Shown here: piece after piece, positions 1-9,810 of the stretch
How positions within the stretch are numbered: the first letter of the stretch is position 1
Layout: each line of letters opens with the position of its first letter
IMG/VR virus record: IMGVR_UViG_3300005573_000995
Span: 22,877 to 86,876 of that record
DNA length: 64,000 nt
Strand: one strand, 5' to 3'
Source: a virus
The notes under the pieces: generated by a model
What the model was told of the DNA's origin: nothing
What the model saw: the letters and a program-made list of their open reading frames with translations, nothing else
Database searches by the model: none
Position numbers and translations under genes: made by a program

Positions 1-345
1 CAGCTTCTAGAAAGCGAACAACAGGTTAGTAAAATAATCTATCAAAGTCTTCCTAATTACATTAAAGAAATAATTCTAACTGTCAAAAACTATAAGAAAA
101 TAACCAGAAAAGAGGACATTCCACCTTCAATAAATCTGACAAACCTAGGAAGTGTAATGACAAAAAAATACTATAGCTACATAAGTGAAGTAATCAAAAT
201 GTTAGACAGAATACATGATATAAGCAAATATGGAAACTATCTAGATAAATACTTTGGATTCACTATAAGAGAGATGGGAGCAAACGATTATATAATCGAG
301 TTCACAAACAAGGAGAAGGAGATTCAGATTGAGGACAGCAGTTGA
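1..345 (+). CDS. 3' end of a gene truncated by the window start (hypothetical, replication module)
   Basis: The frame of ORF 157..345 is open back to position 1 (QLLESEQQVSKIIY...), so the real start lies outside the window. Confidence 0.7.
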   Translation, partial: QLLESEQQVSKIIYQSLPNYIKEIILTVKNYKKITRKEDIPPSINLTNLGSVMTKKYYSYISEVIKMLDRIHDISKYGNYLDKYFGFTIREMGANDYIIEFTNKEKEIQIEDSS

Positions 346-448
346 AATAATCGACGTATCTGTTCATATAATCCTTAGCGTAAGCTCTAGACTAATAAAT
401 AATAAAATAATGCTAACTAGCCTAGATAACACTAAAATTAGGAAATAT

Positions 449-559
449 ATGTCCAAAATGTCCAAGTCCATGAGACGAGAATGCACAAAAATATACACGT
501 CAATTGCCGAATACTCCTCTCATGACGAACCATTTGGACATTTTGGACATTTTGGACAT
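449..559. repeat. Inverted 9-bp iterons (ATGTCCAAA/G x2, TTTGGACAT x3); candidate replication origin
   Basis: ATGTCCAAA 449-457 and ATGTCCAAG 458-466; reverse complement TTTGGACAT at 533, 542 and 551; AT-rich tract at 385-448; directly upstream of the primase gene. Confidence 0.6.
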
Positions 560-596
560 ACCAAGTCGTCATTTACTATGAGACGGTGATAAAATC

Positions 597-1619
597 TTGT
601 CGATGACACCTAAACTAGATAAACAAGCGCTATTTAATGCTTGGAAAGAGCATTTAAGACCAAAACTGTCGATGGGACTGTTTCCTAGGGACTGGGGATT
701 AAAAAGGTATCCTGCTGTAGAAAGTATGGAGGAATATCTAGCAAGAACTTATCAGACATATCTATCTGTTAATAGTTATGTGGGAATCTACAGTCATGCA
801 CAACATAAATTGCGGATTATAGATACCATTTTTGTCGATATAGACAGTTCTAATCATGGCTTTAATAAAAAAGAACTTGAAGACAATTATAGCAGATTGC
901 TGGAGCTTAAGAAGAAATTTAGGAATATGCGCCTTTACTTTAGTGGAAATGCTGGTTTTCATTGTTTCTTTGACTTTGATTGTGACCAGATTGACGCCTT
1001 TGATAAGGAAACCGTTATTAGATTGTTTAGGAATTACGGACTTAATGTTGATAGTGCCGTAATTCTCGACATAAAAAGAATTAGTCGAATTCCCTTTTCC
1101 CTTAACTTAAAGACTAGAAGATTCTGTATTCCAATTGATGATGGCGAGGACATAGACGTTGTTTTAGACCAATCCATTTCTCCAATAGCAAAGACAATAA
1201 GAGTAATCCCAGATAACATGGCAAAATTAGAGCTAATTAAAGAGGGATTTAAAGAGGAATTTAACTATTCTGCACCACAAGCTTCAAATGAAAATGGATA
1301 TTCTTGGATTATCTCATTGCTTGAGCATCCAATAAAAGACGGCAGACATAGAGCATTATGGCTTATCATCGCTCCTTATCTGGTTAATGTCCTCAAAGTG
1401 TCTTCTCAAGAAGCTACCGATATTATAAGAGATTATTTGGATAAATGCAACAAGTTATTTGAAACTGACGCTACATCTAAGTCTGAATATTATGTTAATT
1501 ATGCATTAAGAACGGGCTTAAAGCCTCCCTCCCTTCAGACGCTAAGGCTCGCACATCAAGACCTATACGAAATACTAATTAAGGAGAAGATAATAGAAGG
1601 ACGCATTGGGAGTGGATAA
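597..1619 (+). CDS. priS: Archaeo-eukaryotic primase: PriS catalytic domain fused to a PriX-like C-terminal domain
   Basis: AEP motifs FVDID, YFSGNAGFH and D..RISRIP; C-terminal DGRHRALWLIIAPYLVNV resembles PriX. Confidence 0.85.
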   Translation: MSMTPKLDKQALFNAWKEHLRPKLSMGLFPRDWGLKRYPAVESMEEYLARTYQTYLSVNSYVGIYSHAQHKLRIIDTIFVDIDSSNHGFNKKELEDNYSRLLELKKKFRNMRLYFSGNAGFHCFFDFDCDQIDAFDKETVIRLFRNYGLNVDSAVILDIKRISRIPFSLNLKTRRFCIPIDDGEDIDVVLDQSISPIAKTIRVIPDNMAKLELIKEGFKEEFNYSAPQASNENGYSWIISLLEHPIKDGRHRALWLIIAPYLVNVLKVSSQEATDIIRDYLDKCNKLFETDATSKSEYYVNYALRTGLKPPSLQTLRLAHQDLYEILIKEKIIEGRIGSG

Positions 1620-1622
1620 TAG

Positions 1623-4600
1623 ATGCATACGGCTTGGTATAGTGTTGAAAATGGGAAGCTCTGGATTTATGTTGTTAATAATAATGGCATAAGTAGAATA
1701 GAAGCTCCTGAAAGACCATACTTTTTTGTAACAGAAGAAGCTTTGGAAGACCTTTTAGGAAGAGGGAAAAACATTTGTCCTAACCTTAGGGTTATACCAG
1801 AAGAGAAGTTACGTACTATCGATACTTTAGAACGTGTCTTTCGCGTTGAGGTTGATTATCCTTTTCAAGTCTCTCAGTTAAGAGATATCTTTTCCTCACA
1901 CAGGTTTTATGAGGCCGATATTCCTTATATACGTCGATGGGCAATAGACTATGATATTCACGTTTCTCCAGACTATAATAAGCTATACTGGGATATTGAG
2001 GTTTGGGATAAAGATAGCATCAAACCAGACTCTTCATTAGACCCCATAATTAGTATAGCTGCTGTAGACTCTCAAGGTAAAGAGTTCTTCTTTGTTGGAG
2101 ACTATTCAACAAAAGAGAGAGCAATCTACTCTGAAAGAACTATATTGAAGCAGTTTATTGATTTGATTGAGCAATATAACTATTCTTTAGGAATAAGCTG
2201 GTTTGGTGATATCTTCGACCATCCCCATTTTCTTAATCGCCTAAAAGTTCACAAAATACCTTTTCAAAAAGCACGCTTTAGAATGCTTGACTTAGTTATT
2301 CCGTTAGAATATGCAGAAAAGGAGACTTATGCTAGCTATTCGTTGGAATATGTGTCCCAAAAGGTTTTGGGACGAGGAAAGAAGCATAAAAGCACAACTG
2401 GTCATGTATGGGATATGTCTCCTTCGGACTTAAAGGAATACAATCTCGAAGATTGTCGTTTATTAAGAGAAATCGATAGAGCAAAAGGAGGATTATCTGA
2501 TTTAGTAATAGAATTAGCACGGGAATCTTATGTCTTTCCTGATGAGGTATTATATAAAAGACCTTTTGATAGCCCTACTGCTTCTGCACCTGTCGATTCT
2601 CTAATCCTTAAAGAAGCTCGTTTACACAATTATGTCCTTCCCTGTAAGCCCAAAGAAATTAATAAAGAAGAGGGGCATAAATATAAGGGTGCTATCGTCA
2701 AGCAACCAGATGGTGAAATGTGTAATAACATTTTAGTATGCGATTTTGAATCATTATATCCAAATATAATAGTTCACTGGAATATTTCTCCCGACCCAGA
2801 AGGTATAGTAATACCAAACATTTTGAAGAAGCTCTTTGAAAAGAAAAGAGGAGCAAAAGGAAATCCCATTAAATACTGGACATACAAGACGCTGATGAAT
2901 ACCGTTTATGGAGTATTTGGCTCTCCTTATTTCCGTCTTTACAAGAAGGAATTGGCAGCAAAGATTACTGAAAAAGAAAGAGAGCTAATCCAAACACTAA
3001 TTAATATTGTAGAGAACAATATGGATTTGAAAGTCGTGTATGGCGACAGCGTATTATCTGGTACTCCCTTACTTTGTAAAACAGATGATAAAATAACAAT
3101 TAAAAGAATAGACGATGTAAAAGAAGGCGATTATGTAATAGATGAAAATGGATGGACTAGAGTAAAGAAAGTAATTAGAAAAGAAGTAGAGAAAAGAATG
3201 TTTAGAGTAGAAACGTGGACTGGAGTAGTAGTTGTTACAGAAGACCATAGCCTTATAAATAAAGATGGTAAGGAAGTTAGTGCAAAAAATGTTAGGGTTA
3301 ATGATTTGTTGGGAAGTCCTTTGTATTGCTTTGAAAAAACAAAAGATATGACTATGGATGAAGCTTGGTTATTAGGCTATTTCGTTGCTGACGGGACAGC
3401 TAAGGAATACAAGTGGTATTTAAAGAAGAGACCTTCCTCTATTAGAGGTATGAGACAACTTAAAAAGACAAAAATCAACGGATGGAAAACAAGTAGAACT
3501 AATGTTAATATAAGTGGGCAAAATAAAGAGTTATTGATAAGGGCAAAGAATATATTAGAAGAAATTGGGTTTAAATCTAAAATATATGCTCACAAATCTA
3601 ATAGAACAAAAGGAGGTATGGTTTATACTTTACAAATTTTGTCACCAAAGAAAAGCGGGGCTTTAGAATACTTTAAGAGATGTTATTATAATGATTTGAA
3701 AACTATTCCAGATGACATTTTGTCCTCTTCACCTGAAGTTGCTAAGAGTTTTATAGAGGGCTATCTGGCAGGAGATGGGAGTAATAAAAACAAAGAACAT
3801 ATTTGGAAAGCTACAGATGTAGAGCAAGTTATTTATGGATTAACTCTGCTAGCAAGGAAAGCCAATTTAAAGTTTCGCTATCTTTCTTATATTGGACAAC
3901 GCGGAAAGAGAAAGTATCTTAGGGAGATAAGATTTGTGAAAGATAGGATGGACAAAAGATTAAGCGATGATAACGCAATAAGAAAGATAGAAGACCTAGG
4001 AGTTAAGAGTTGCGTAGTATACGATTTAGAAACTGATAGTCATCATTTTGAAGCAGGAGGCGTCTTATTGCATAACACAGACAGTATTTTCATAGAGTTG
4101 CCAGACGTTGATATATCTAAAATAGATTTAGTAGGAAAAAACGTAGTTAAGGCGATAACTGAAGGTCTTGACCAGATTTATTCAACAAAGGAAAAGAAAT
4201 TCTCAATAAATCTTGTTCCTCAAAAGTTCTATGAGAAGCTAATGTTCGTTAAGAAGGCGACAGGAGAGCGAATGGCAAAGAAGAAATATGCGGGAATTGT
4301 AAAATGGGATGAAAAGAAAGGGTTTTATGAATATATAGATATCGTAGGATTAGAAAGTGTGAAATCAGATACTCCTCCCTTTATTAAAGAAATTCAAGAA
4401 GCTAGTGTAAAACTCAAACTCTATGGCATGAATGAAGAATTAAAGAATTACGTTGATGAGATAAAGAGACGGCTATATGCCAGAGAAATAGACTCTCAGC
4501 TTATTATATCCAAAGGGGTAAACAAGAGGCTAGAAGATTATAAAGCAGTGCAGAAGGGACAGAAGCCACCACCTCATGTCCGTGCCCTTCAAAAGGCAAT

Positions 4601-4814
4601 TAAAGAGAACAAATGGAATGAACAGAACTACAAAATTCAATATATTATGAGAAAAAATGATATAGTAGAACCCATATTTTCGCCAAACGATATTCCCCAA
4701 GACATCGATTATGACTATTACTGGAACAACTATATAGTGCCAATATTAGAAAGGACATGCGGTATCTCATTTAACCACATTAACAATACTACTCTTGAGG
4801 GTTGGGCAGAATGA
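1623..4814 (+). CDS. polB: Family B DNA polymerase with an intein
   Basis: ExoI WDIE, motif A DFESLYP, motif B KTLMNTVYG, YGD|TDS split by the intein, KKKY; C-terminal PIP-box-like NTTLEGW. Confidence 0.97.
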   Translation: MHTAWYSVENGKLWIYVVNNNGISRIEAPERPYFFVTEEALEDLLGRGKNICPNLRVIPEEKLRTIDTLERVFRVEVDYPFQVSQLRDIFSSHRFYEADIPYIRRWAIDYDIHVSPDYNKLYWDIEVWDKDSIKPDSSLDPIISIAAVDSQGKEFFFVGDYSTKERAIYSERTILKQFIDLIEQYNYSLGISWFGDIFDHPHFLNRLKVHKIPFQKARFRMLDLVIPLEYAEKETYASYSLEYVSQKVLGRGKKHKSTTGHVWDMSPSDLKEYNLEDCRLLREIDRAKGGLSDLVIELARESYVFPDEVLYKRPFDSPTASAPVDSLILKEARLHNYVLPCKPKEINKEEGHKYKGAIVKQPDGEMCNNILVCDFESLYPNIIVHWNISPDPEGIVIPNILKKLFEKKRGAKGNPIKYWTYKTLMNTVYGVFGSPYFRLYKKELAAKITEKERELIQTLINIVENNMDLKVVYGDSVLSGTPLLCKTDDKITIKRIDDVKEGDYVIDENGWTRVKKVIRKEVEKRMFRVETWTGVVVVTEDHSLINKDGKEVSAKNVRVNDLLGSPLYCFEKTKDMTMDEAWLLGYFVADGTAKEYKWYLKKRPSSIRGMRQLKKTKINGWKTSRTNVNISGQNKELLIRAKNILEEIGFKSKIYAHKSNRTKGGMVYTLQILSPKKSGALEYFKRCYYNDLKTIPDDILSSSPEVAKSFIEGYLAGDGSNKNKEHIWKATDVEQVIYGLTLLARKANLKFRYLSYIGQRGKRKYLREIRFVKDRMDKRLSDDNAIRKIEDLGVKSCVVYDLETDSHHFEAGGVLLHNTDSIFIELPDVDISKIDLVGKNVVKAITEGLDQIYSTKEKKFSINLVPQKFYEKLMFVKKATGERMAKKKYAGIVKWDEKKGFYEYIDIVGLESVKSDTPPFIKEIQEASVKLKLYGMNEELKNYVDEIKRRLYAREIDSQLIISKGVNKRLEDYKAVQKGQKPPPHVRALQKAIKENKWNEQNYKIQYIMRKNDIVEPIFSPNDIPQDIDYDYYWNNYIVPILERTCGISFNHINNTTLEGWAE
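3048..4076 (+). mobile_element. Intein (343 aa, LAGLIDADG type) in PolB motif C
   Basis: YGD|SVLSGTP...GGVLLHN|TDS; blocks VVVTEDH, LLGYFVADG and FIEGYLAGDG. Confidence 0.95.
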
Positions 4815-5170
4815 GGTCATTCTTAAGCAAAGATTTGACAAACAACTTAACAAGTGGAATTATGACAGCCAAATCTGCTCAACCTGCACCAACCTTTGAA
4901 CATGAAAAGTGTGTAAGATGTAAGGCATTAGGAGTTAATGTGCTTATAGACTTTCGTTTTTCGCAAAAATATTGTAGCTTTCATTATTGGTTATACGAAC
5001 TTCCTCCACTCCTTAAGACATTTGGCATTAAATTTGACTGTAGCTTAAATGGATGGCACGAATGGATAGCCGATACATTTCTCACAACTAATTATTATAA
5101 TGATATAGAACCCTATTCCCGTGGTCCTACACTTCCCCCTCTTAACATTATTTTAATGGAATTGCTCTGA
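4802..5170 (+). CDS. CxxC-CxxH Zn-finger protein; dispersed member of the 14.5-16.5 kb paralog family
   Basis: CVRCKALG...YCSFHYWL...TLPPLNIILMELL matches the family pattern. Confidence 0.75.
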   Translation: MGRMRSFLSKDLTNNLTSGIMTAKSAQPAPTFEHEKCVRCKALGVNVLIDFRFSQKYCSFHYWLYELPPLLKTFGIKFDCSLNGWHEWIADTFLTTNYYNDIEPYSRGPTLPPLNIILMELL

Positions 5171-5220
5171 CCTACTGTCTCTAAAGGTTTATATATAGCT
5201 ACTTAGATACCTTTCCCTAG

Positions 5221-6099
5221 GTGTATAGGATGCCAATCAACTATGAGATGTTGAAGGAAAAGTATAAGGTAACCGATAAGGAAATAGAAGACTATATCAC
5301 TTCGCACAAGCTTAATGTGGCCAACAACCCAAATCTACGTCTTATCGTCTATCTTTCTTCAAAAGGAATAACGTCGTTTGAAGAGCCACAATCTTCGCTC
5401 TACAAGAAAGTTAGCGAACTAACGAAGAAAGAAGAGCAATCTCCTTCATTTAAGGGAGAGAACGTAAGACTTAATGTCGTTGCCAAGCTTAAAGAAACAG
5501 CTTATATAGGATGTCCTTATTGTTGGAAAAGACTAGCAGATGCAACATTAGAAGATGAAGGCGAAGAGAAAATCTGTCGTAACGAAAAATGCAAATATTA
5601 TGGTAAAGAAGTTACGGCTACTCTCCATTATTCTACTCGCTATTTAGCAGGTGATGAGACAGGAGAAGTAGTAATACAAGTTCCTCCCTTTATAAAGAAC
5701 GTAGATATTCTGAACAAATGGATTGACGCATGGGGCAGGCTAGATGAAAGGGGAATCTTTAACCTTGCTAACTTCAAGATAGTCGAAGACTTGACAGAAG
5801 AGCAGAAAGAAGGAAAGAAAGAATCTAAAAGTTCAAAATCTTCTCTACCTTCCAAACCTTCCACAAAGACATCGGAGACTTTAGCATCTAACGAAACTAC
5901 AGTAGTTGTCGATGAAAAGATGTATGAAGTTGCTGTCAAGCAATTTACTAGAGTTCTTCGCCTTTACGGAGGTAGCTGGGCAGAGACAGAAGCTAAAGAA
6001 TGGCTAAAGGGGAGATACGAGAACTTAGATTCAGATGAAATTCTAAAAAGAGCAAATGTAACTATTGCTGACGGCGTTATCCAACTTAAGGAGGAGTAG
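5221..6099 (+). CDS. RPA/SSB-like OB-fold protein with Zn finger
   Basis: YIGCPYC...CRNEKC followed by LAGDETGEV, typical of the RPA OB-Zn domain; lies between polB and PCNA; own TATA at 5188. Confidence 0.7.
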   Translation: MYRMPINYEMLKEKYKVTDKEIEDYITSHKLNVANNPNLRLIVYLSSKGITSFEEPQSSLYKKVSELTKKEEQSPSFKGENVRLNVVAKLKETAYIGCPYCWKRLADATLEDEGEEKICRNEKCKYYGKEVTATLHYSTRYLAGDETGEVVIQVPPFIKNVDILNKWIDAWGRLDERGIFNLANFKIVEDLTEEQKEGKKESKSSKSSLPSKPSTKTSETLASNETTVVVDEKMYEVAVKQFTRVLRLYGGSWAETEAKEWLKGRYENLDSDEILKRANVTIADGVIQLKEE

Positions 6100-6102
6100 A
6101 AA

Positions 6103-6864
6103 ATGACTTTTGAAGCAATTACTACTCCCAAAGTCTGGGAAATCCTGTTTGATGTAGCTCCACTTTGGGAAGAGGAGATAACGTTTGATATAGCTTCAGA
6201 AGGAATAACTTTCGGCGTCATGGACCCAAGCCATGTGGCGATGATAAAAGCAAAGATAGACAAAAGCGCTTTTGCTAGCTATAAGGTAGATACTCCTCAA
6301 AAGATTTCGGTATTAGCTAATGAGATTTCCTCTCTCCTTAAGAAGTTTCCTTCTGATAGTGCTGTCAAATTCTTTCTGGACGATGAGAAGAAATTAAGAA
6401 TTGAAGTGCTATCTGATATTGAGCGACATTATGAGTTTCATACGATAGACAATCCTGAGACTCCTGATACTCCAAAGATAACTACTGTTTATACCAATTC
6501 TTTGATTTGTTCTCCCCAATTTCTCCACAACTTAATTGACGGAATTGTCCCAGTTTCTCCTACCATCACTTTTGAAATAGACGAAAAGACATTTACAGTC
6601 TGGGCTAAAGGAGAAAGTGGTAAAAGCAAAGCTATACTTAGACAGAGAGATACAACAGAAGACTCTGCTTTTGAAATTAAAGCGACATCCTCAGCAAAAA
6701 GCACATACGATAGTTCTTATATTCTCAAACTGCTAAATATAGCGAAGAAGAATGCCCAGGAGGTTAAGCTTGATTTTGAGACAAATGCTCCATTACGTTT
6801 AACTCTTTCCTATGACAACGCAAGTGTAACTATGTATCTAGCCCCAATAAGGGGAGAAGATTAG
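6103..6864 (+). CDS. pcn: PCNA sliding clamp
   Basis: MDPSHVAM near the N-terminus and YLAP at the C-terminus; 253 aa. Confidence 0.95.
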   Translation: MTFEAITTPKVWEILFDVAPLWEEEITFDIASEGITFGVMDPSHVAMIKAKIDKSAFASYKVDTPQKISVLANEISSLLKKFPSDSAVKFFLDDEKKLRIEVLSDIERHYEFHTIDNPETPDTPKITTVYTNSLICSPQFLHNLIDGIVPVSPTITFEIDEKTFTVWAKGESGKSKAILRQRDTTEDSAFEIKATSSAKSTYDSSYILKLLNIAKKNAQEVKLDFETNAPLRLTLSYDNASVTMYLAPIRGED

Positions 6865-6868
6865 AGCC

Positions 6869-8008
6869 TTGAAGTCATTAATTTTTTCTGATGAAGATGC
6901 TGACGGTATCTGCTCTGCTAGGATAGCCCAGCTAACTGTAGGGGGTGATGTCTGGTTCCAGAAGTGGCATACTTTTGGAATTACTCCTGACGATATAGTT
7001 AGGATTAAAGCATATCATCCTCAAGCTCTCTATTTTCTCGACTTAGGATGTGAAAAGGAGACATTAGAACTACTAAATTCCTTAGTAAAGGAAGGGATTA
7101 AAGTTACTCTGTTAGATAACCATCCTCCAAAAGAAGATGCTTCATATATAGAGAATTACAGAAACAAAAACTTCATTATAAACACTACTGCTGACAATTG
7201 TACAGCAGGAATAACGTATGACTTCTTTAAAGATGCTCTAGTAGGCGAAAGCCTTAAATGGGCACAAACATGGGCTTCTGTCGGAATTACTGGGGATGTC
7301 GCTACTGAGACGGTAGAGGGAGCTAGAATTCTTAATGAGATTAGAGGAGATTCAGCTTCTTTGTTCAGTAATGTAGGGGCTTGGGCTAAAGATGAGATGG
7401 ATAAGTGGCAAAGAATGGAGAGGCCTTATCTGCAACAGATGTCGTCTTATTTCCAAACCTGTAAGAGGATGTGCTACGATAAAGGAGGATATTTAGCCCT
7501 TCAAGTCTGCAGTGAGATAGAGAAAAGTGGCGATATCTTTCTTCTTGAAAGAACTTTTACAGATGAGGAAATGGCAATATATCCCGCATCCACAACGCTT
7601 AAGGCTTTGTATCAACGTTTTAAAGAATCTAAGATTTGGCAAGACTCCTCAACAAACTTAAGACTCTATTACGTAGGCAAAGTCTCCTTTAGTGTTATCG
7701 AACACCCGTGGAATGTATCTACTTATATCGCTACTTTCAAAGCACGCGAGACTCATAGAACGCACTTCTGTATCAACACATGGGGAAAGGATAATCTATT
7801 AGTAATAGGAGCTAGGAACCCACCTAAAGAAGATACCCAATCATTTAGATGTGATATCGGCGAAGTCTTTGACCAAGTAACTCTTGAGAGCAAGAATAAA
7901 ATCAACGGAGGTGGGATACCAGAAGCAGGTTCTGCCCATGCCACTGTAGGAACACCTCTCAGCTATATCATCGACACAATAACTCAAGTAGTAGAAGAAT
8001 ATTTCTAA
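6869..8008 (+). CDS. DHH-family phosphoesterase (RecJ/GAN/Cdc45-like)
   Basis: DEDADG, FLDLG, LDNH (degenerate DHH), GITGD and the DHHA1-like GGG..AG. Confidence 0.8.
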   Translation: MKSLIFSDEDADGICSARIAQLTVGGDVWFQKWHTFGITPDDIVRIKAYHPQALYFLDLGCEKETLELLNSLVKEGIKVTLLDNHPPKEDASYIENYRNKNFIINTTADNCTAGITYDFFKDALVGESLKWAQTWASVGITGDVATETVEGARILNEIRGDSASLFSNVGAWAKDEMDKWQRMERPYLQQMSSYFQTCKRMCYDKGGYLALQVCSEIEKSGDIFLLERTFTDEEMAIYPASTTLKALYQRFKESKIWQDSSTNLRLYYVGKVSFSVIEHPWNVSTYIATFKARETHRTHFCINTWGKDNLLVIGARNPPKEDTQSFRCDIGEVFDQVTLESKNKINGGGIPEAGSAHATVGTPLSYIIDTITQVVEEYF

Positions 8009-8050
8009 AAGTTTATATACAACTCTTTTATCTAAAACCTTAGAAGAGTC

Positions 8051-8308
8051 TTGAGTGAAAATATTAGCTACGTTTGTGACGTTTGTATGAAATCATTTAG
8101 CCTTGATAGCCTTTCGAACTTTCATGCAACTCGCTCTTCTATTACAAAGATTTGTCCTGTTTGTGGTGGAAGTCTTTTTAAGATAGTAGAAAAGACTAAG
8201 CCTTCTATTACTTTCTCTTCGCAAGAGACAAAGATAAGGCATGAATGTTGGACTCTGTCAGAAGATAGACCTCAAGACTCTGACTTTAAGAGAAGAGGTG
8301 AAGGATAA
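8051..8308 (+). CDS. Zn-ribbon protein
   Basis: CDVC...CPVC; TATA at 8012. Confidence 0.65.
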   Translation: MSENISYVCDVCMKSFSLDSLSNFHATRSSITKICPVCGGSLFKIVEKTKPSITFSSQETKIRHECWTLSEDRPQDSDFKRRGEG

Positions 8309-8687
8309 AGTGCCTGTCTATTATTGTTCAATCTGTAAAGATAAAGAGTTCAAATCTATAGATGAATGGAAAAAGGCTCATCCTACAGATATGAAAGGCT
8401 TATCTTATCACATTTGTATAGAGAAAGATTCTCGCGAAGACTTTTTGCTTAGAGAAAATTTAGATATAGAAGAGGAAGAGCGAAAAGAACTAGAACGAGG
8501 GCTTCCACCCCGAGCTTCTAACATTACTCGAGAAGCAAGCAAACTACCTAGTGGCACGTTTACCCCTTATATCCGTTCTATTCCTAATGTTTCAATAAAT
8601 CTTAAAGAAGCCGAAGCTAAGGTACCAAATAAAGAAGTTCGGAGCAAGATAAAGGAATTTTTAGAAAAGCAGGTTGAAGAAAGCTGA
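8241..8687 (+). CDS. Hypothetical Zn-finger protein
   Basis: CSIC...H...H.C; abuts the next gene. Confidence 0.6.
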   Translation: MNVGLCQKIDLKTLTLREEVKDKVPVYYCSICKDKEFKSIDEWKKAHPTDMKGLSYHICIEKDSREDFLLRENLDIEEEERKELERGLPPRASNITREASKLPSGTFTPYIRSIPNVSINLKEAEAKVPNKEVRSKIKEFLEKQVEES

Positions 8688-9440
8688 TTGTCTTCTTCTT
8701 TAGCAACAGATACTGCAACAATAGTTCTTAATCCGCAAGAAGCTAAAAATCATAAGGAATTAGTTGCAAAAATTCTATCGGCTGGCATCAACGTTATTGA
8801 AGATACTTTAGAAGTTGGTGATATTTTAGTTCTTGGTGCAAAGGAAAGAATACTTATAGAGCGAAAAGACTTAAACGACTTTCTACTAAGCGGTTATGGC
8901 CGTATCTGGGAACAAGTTTCAGAGATGTCTAAAAATGACGATAGATTTACTCTCTACGTTCTTGTCGAAGGAACTGAAATATGGGACAATCAGCTGAGGA
9001 GACCTGTCTATTGGGCAACATGGTGCAAGCGTTATCCAGACAAGGCCAAAATGTTTTATCAAGAACAGTATGGAGTTCAGAGATGGCGAATACCAATTAT
9101 TTGGACAGCAGATGTAAATGGGACTGCCGAATTTTTGATAGGGCTTGCTAAGAAGCTAGGGAAGCCTGCTGATGCCTCTGAAAGACCTATGCGTGGGGGC
9201 TTTAAGAAGGATTGGTCATTAGAGCAGAAGAGAAAATATTTGTTTGAAGCCTTTGGAACGGAAACGGGACACACATTATTTAAGCAGTTTCAAAGCCCAG
9301 CTAATTTGATAAATACATTAAGTTCTTTGCCGATGGAAAAGAAAATAGAAGCTATTTCTGAACTTAAATTAAAAAGTGAACGCAGAATTGGCGAAAAGAA
9401 GGCGAAGGAGATATTAGAAGTATTCGGCTTAATTAAGTAA
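8688..9440 (+). CDS. ERCC4/XPF (Hef/Mus81-like) structure-specific nuclease
   Basis: GD...ERKDLND motif; C-terminal HhH-like IGEKKA. Confidence 0.9.
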   Translation: MSSSLATDTATIVLNPQEAKNHKELVAKILSAGINVIEDTLEVGDILVLGAKERILIERKDLNDFLLSGYGRIWEQVSEMSKNDDRFTLYVLVEGTEIWDNQLRRPVYWATWCKRYPDKAKMFYQEQYGVQRWRIPIIWTADVNGTAEFLIGLAKKLGKPADASERPMRGGFKKDWSLEQKRKYLFEAFGTETGHTLFKQFQSPANLINTLSSLPMEKKIEAISELKLKSERRIGEKKAKEILEVFGLIK

Positions 9441-9478
9441 ACTAAAAGTTTAAATAGAGCATAAACATAGGTTAATGT

Positions 9479-9542
9479 GGCTACCGGGAGAGCGGTCTTT
9501 AAGGCCACTCGTGTGCATCTTTAATGGTGCCCCCGGCAGTCC
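9479..9542 (+). ncRNA. Putative structured small RNA 1 (three-way junction)
   Basis: Outer stem GGCTACCGGG/CCCGGCAGTC with two inner hairpins carrying TTTAA loops; TATA TTTAAATA at 9449, 30 nt upstream. Confidence 0.65.
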
Positions 9543-9564
9543 CCTTAATTAGAGGAATATTAAG

Positions 9565-9810
9565 ATGTCTAAGAAAGTTAATGGCGCTAATAATAACGCT
9601 TATACGTCCTATGTAACTTACACGACCACAACTCCTATGGAATCTACAGTTATGTCTTTTCCGTGTGGCGTTTGTGGAGGAAGTGGTATAGTATACGGGA
9701 AAGACGGAAAGCCATATCTATGTCCCAAGTGTCAAGGCGAGAAAGTAGTTCATTCTTCTCCTCATCTAACCTATATGAATTGGGCTTTTACCGCTTTAGT
9801 CAATACGTGA
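9565..9810 (+). CDS. DnaJ-type CxxCxGxG Zn-finger protein
   Basis: CGVCGGSG...CPKCQG; paralog of 39666..39887. Confidence 0.65.
   Translation: MSKKVNGANNNAYTSYVTYTTTTPMESTVMSFPCGVCGGSGIVYGKDGKPYLCPKCQGEKVVHSSPHLTYMNWAFTALVNT

Noticed and set aside
329-589. 86-aa ORF with MSK and FGH repeats
   Set aside because: The peptide repeats derive from inverted DNA iterons; more likely non-coding, though not excluded.
9479-9545. tRNA gene (possible UUA suppressor)
   Set aside because: Only two arms, no D-arm and no TTCRA loop. I found no canonical tRNA anywhere in the window.
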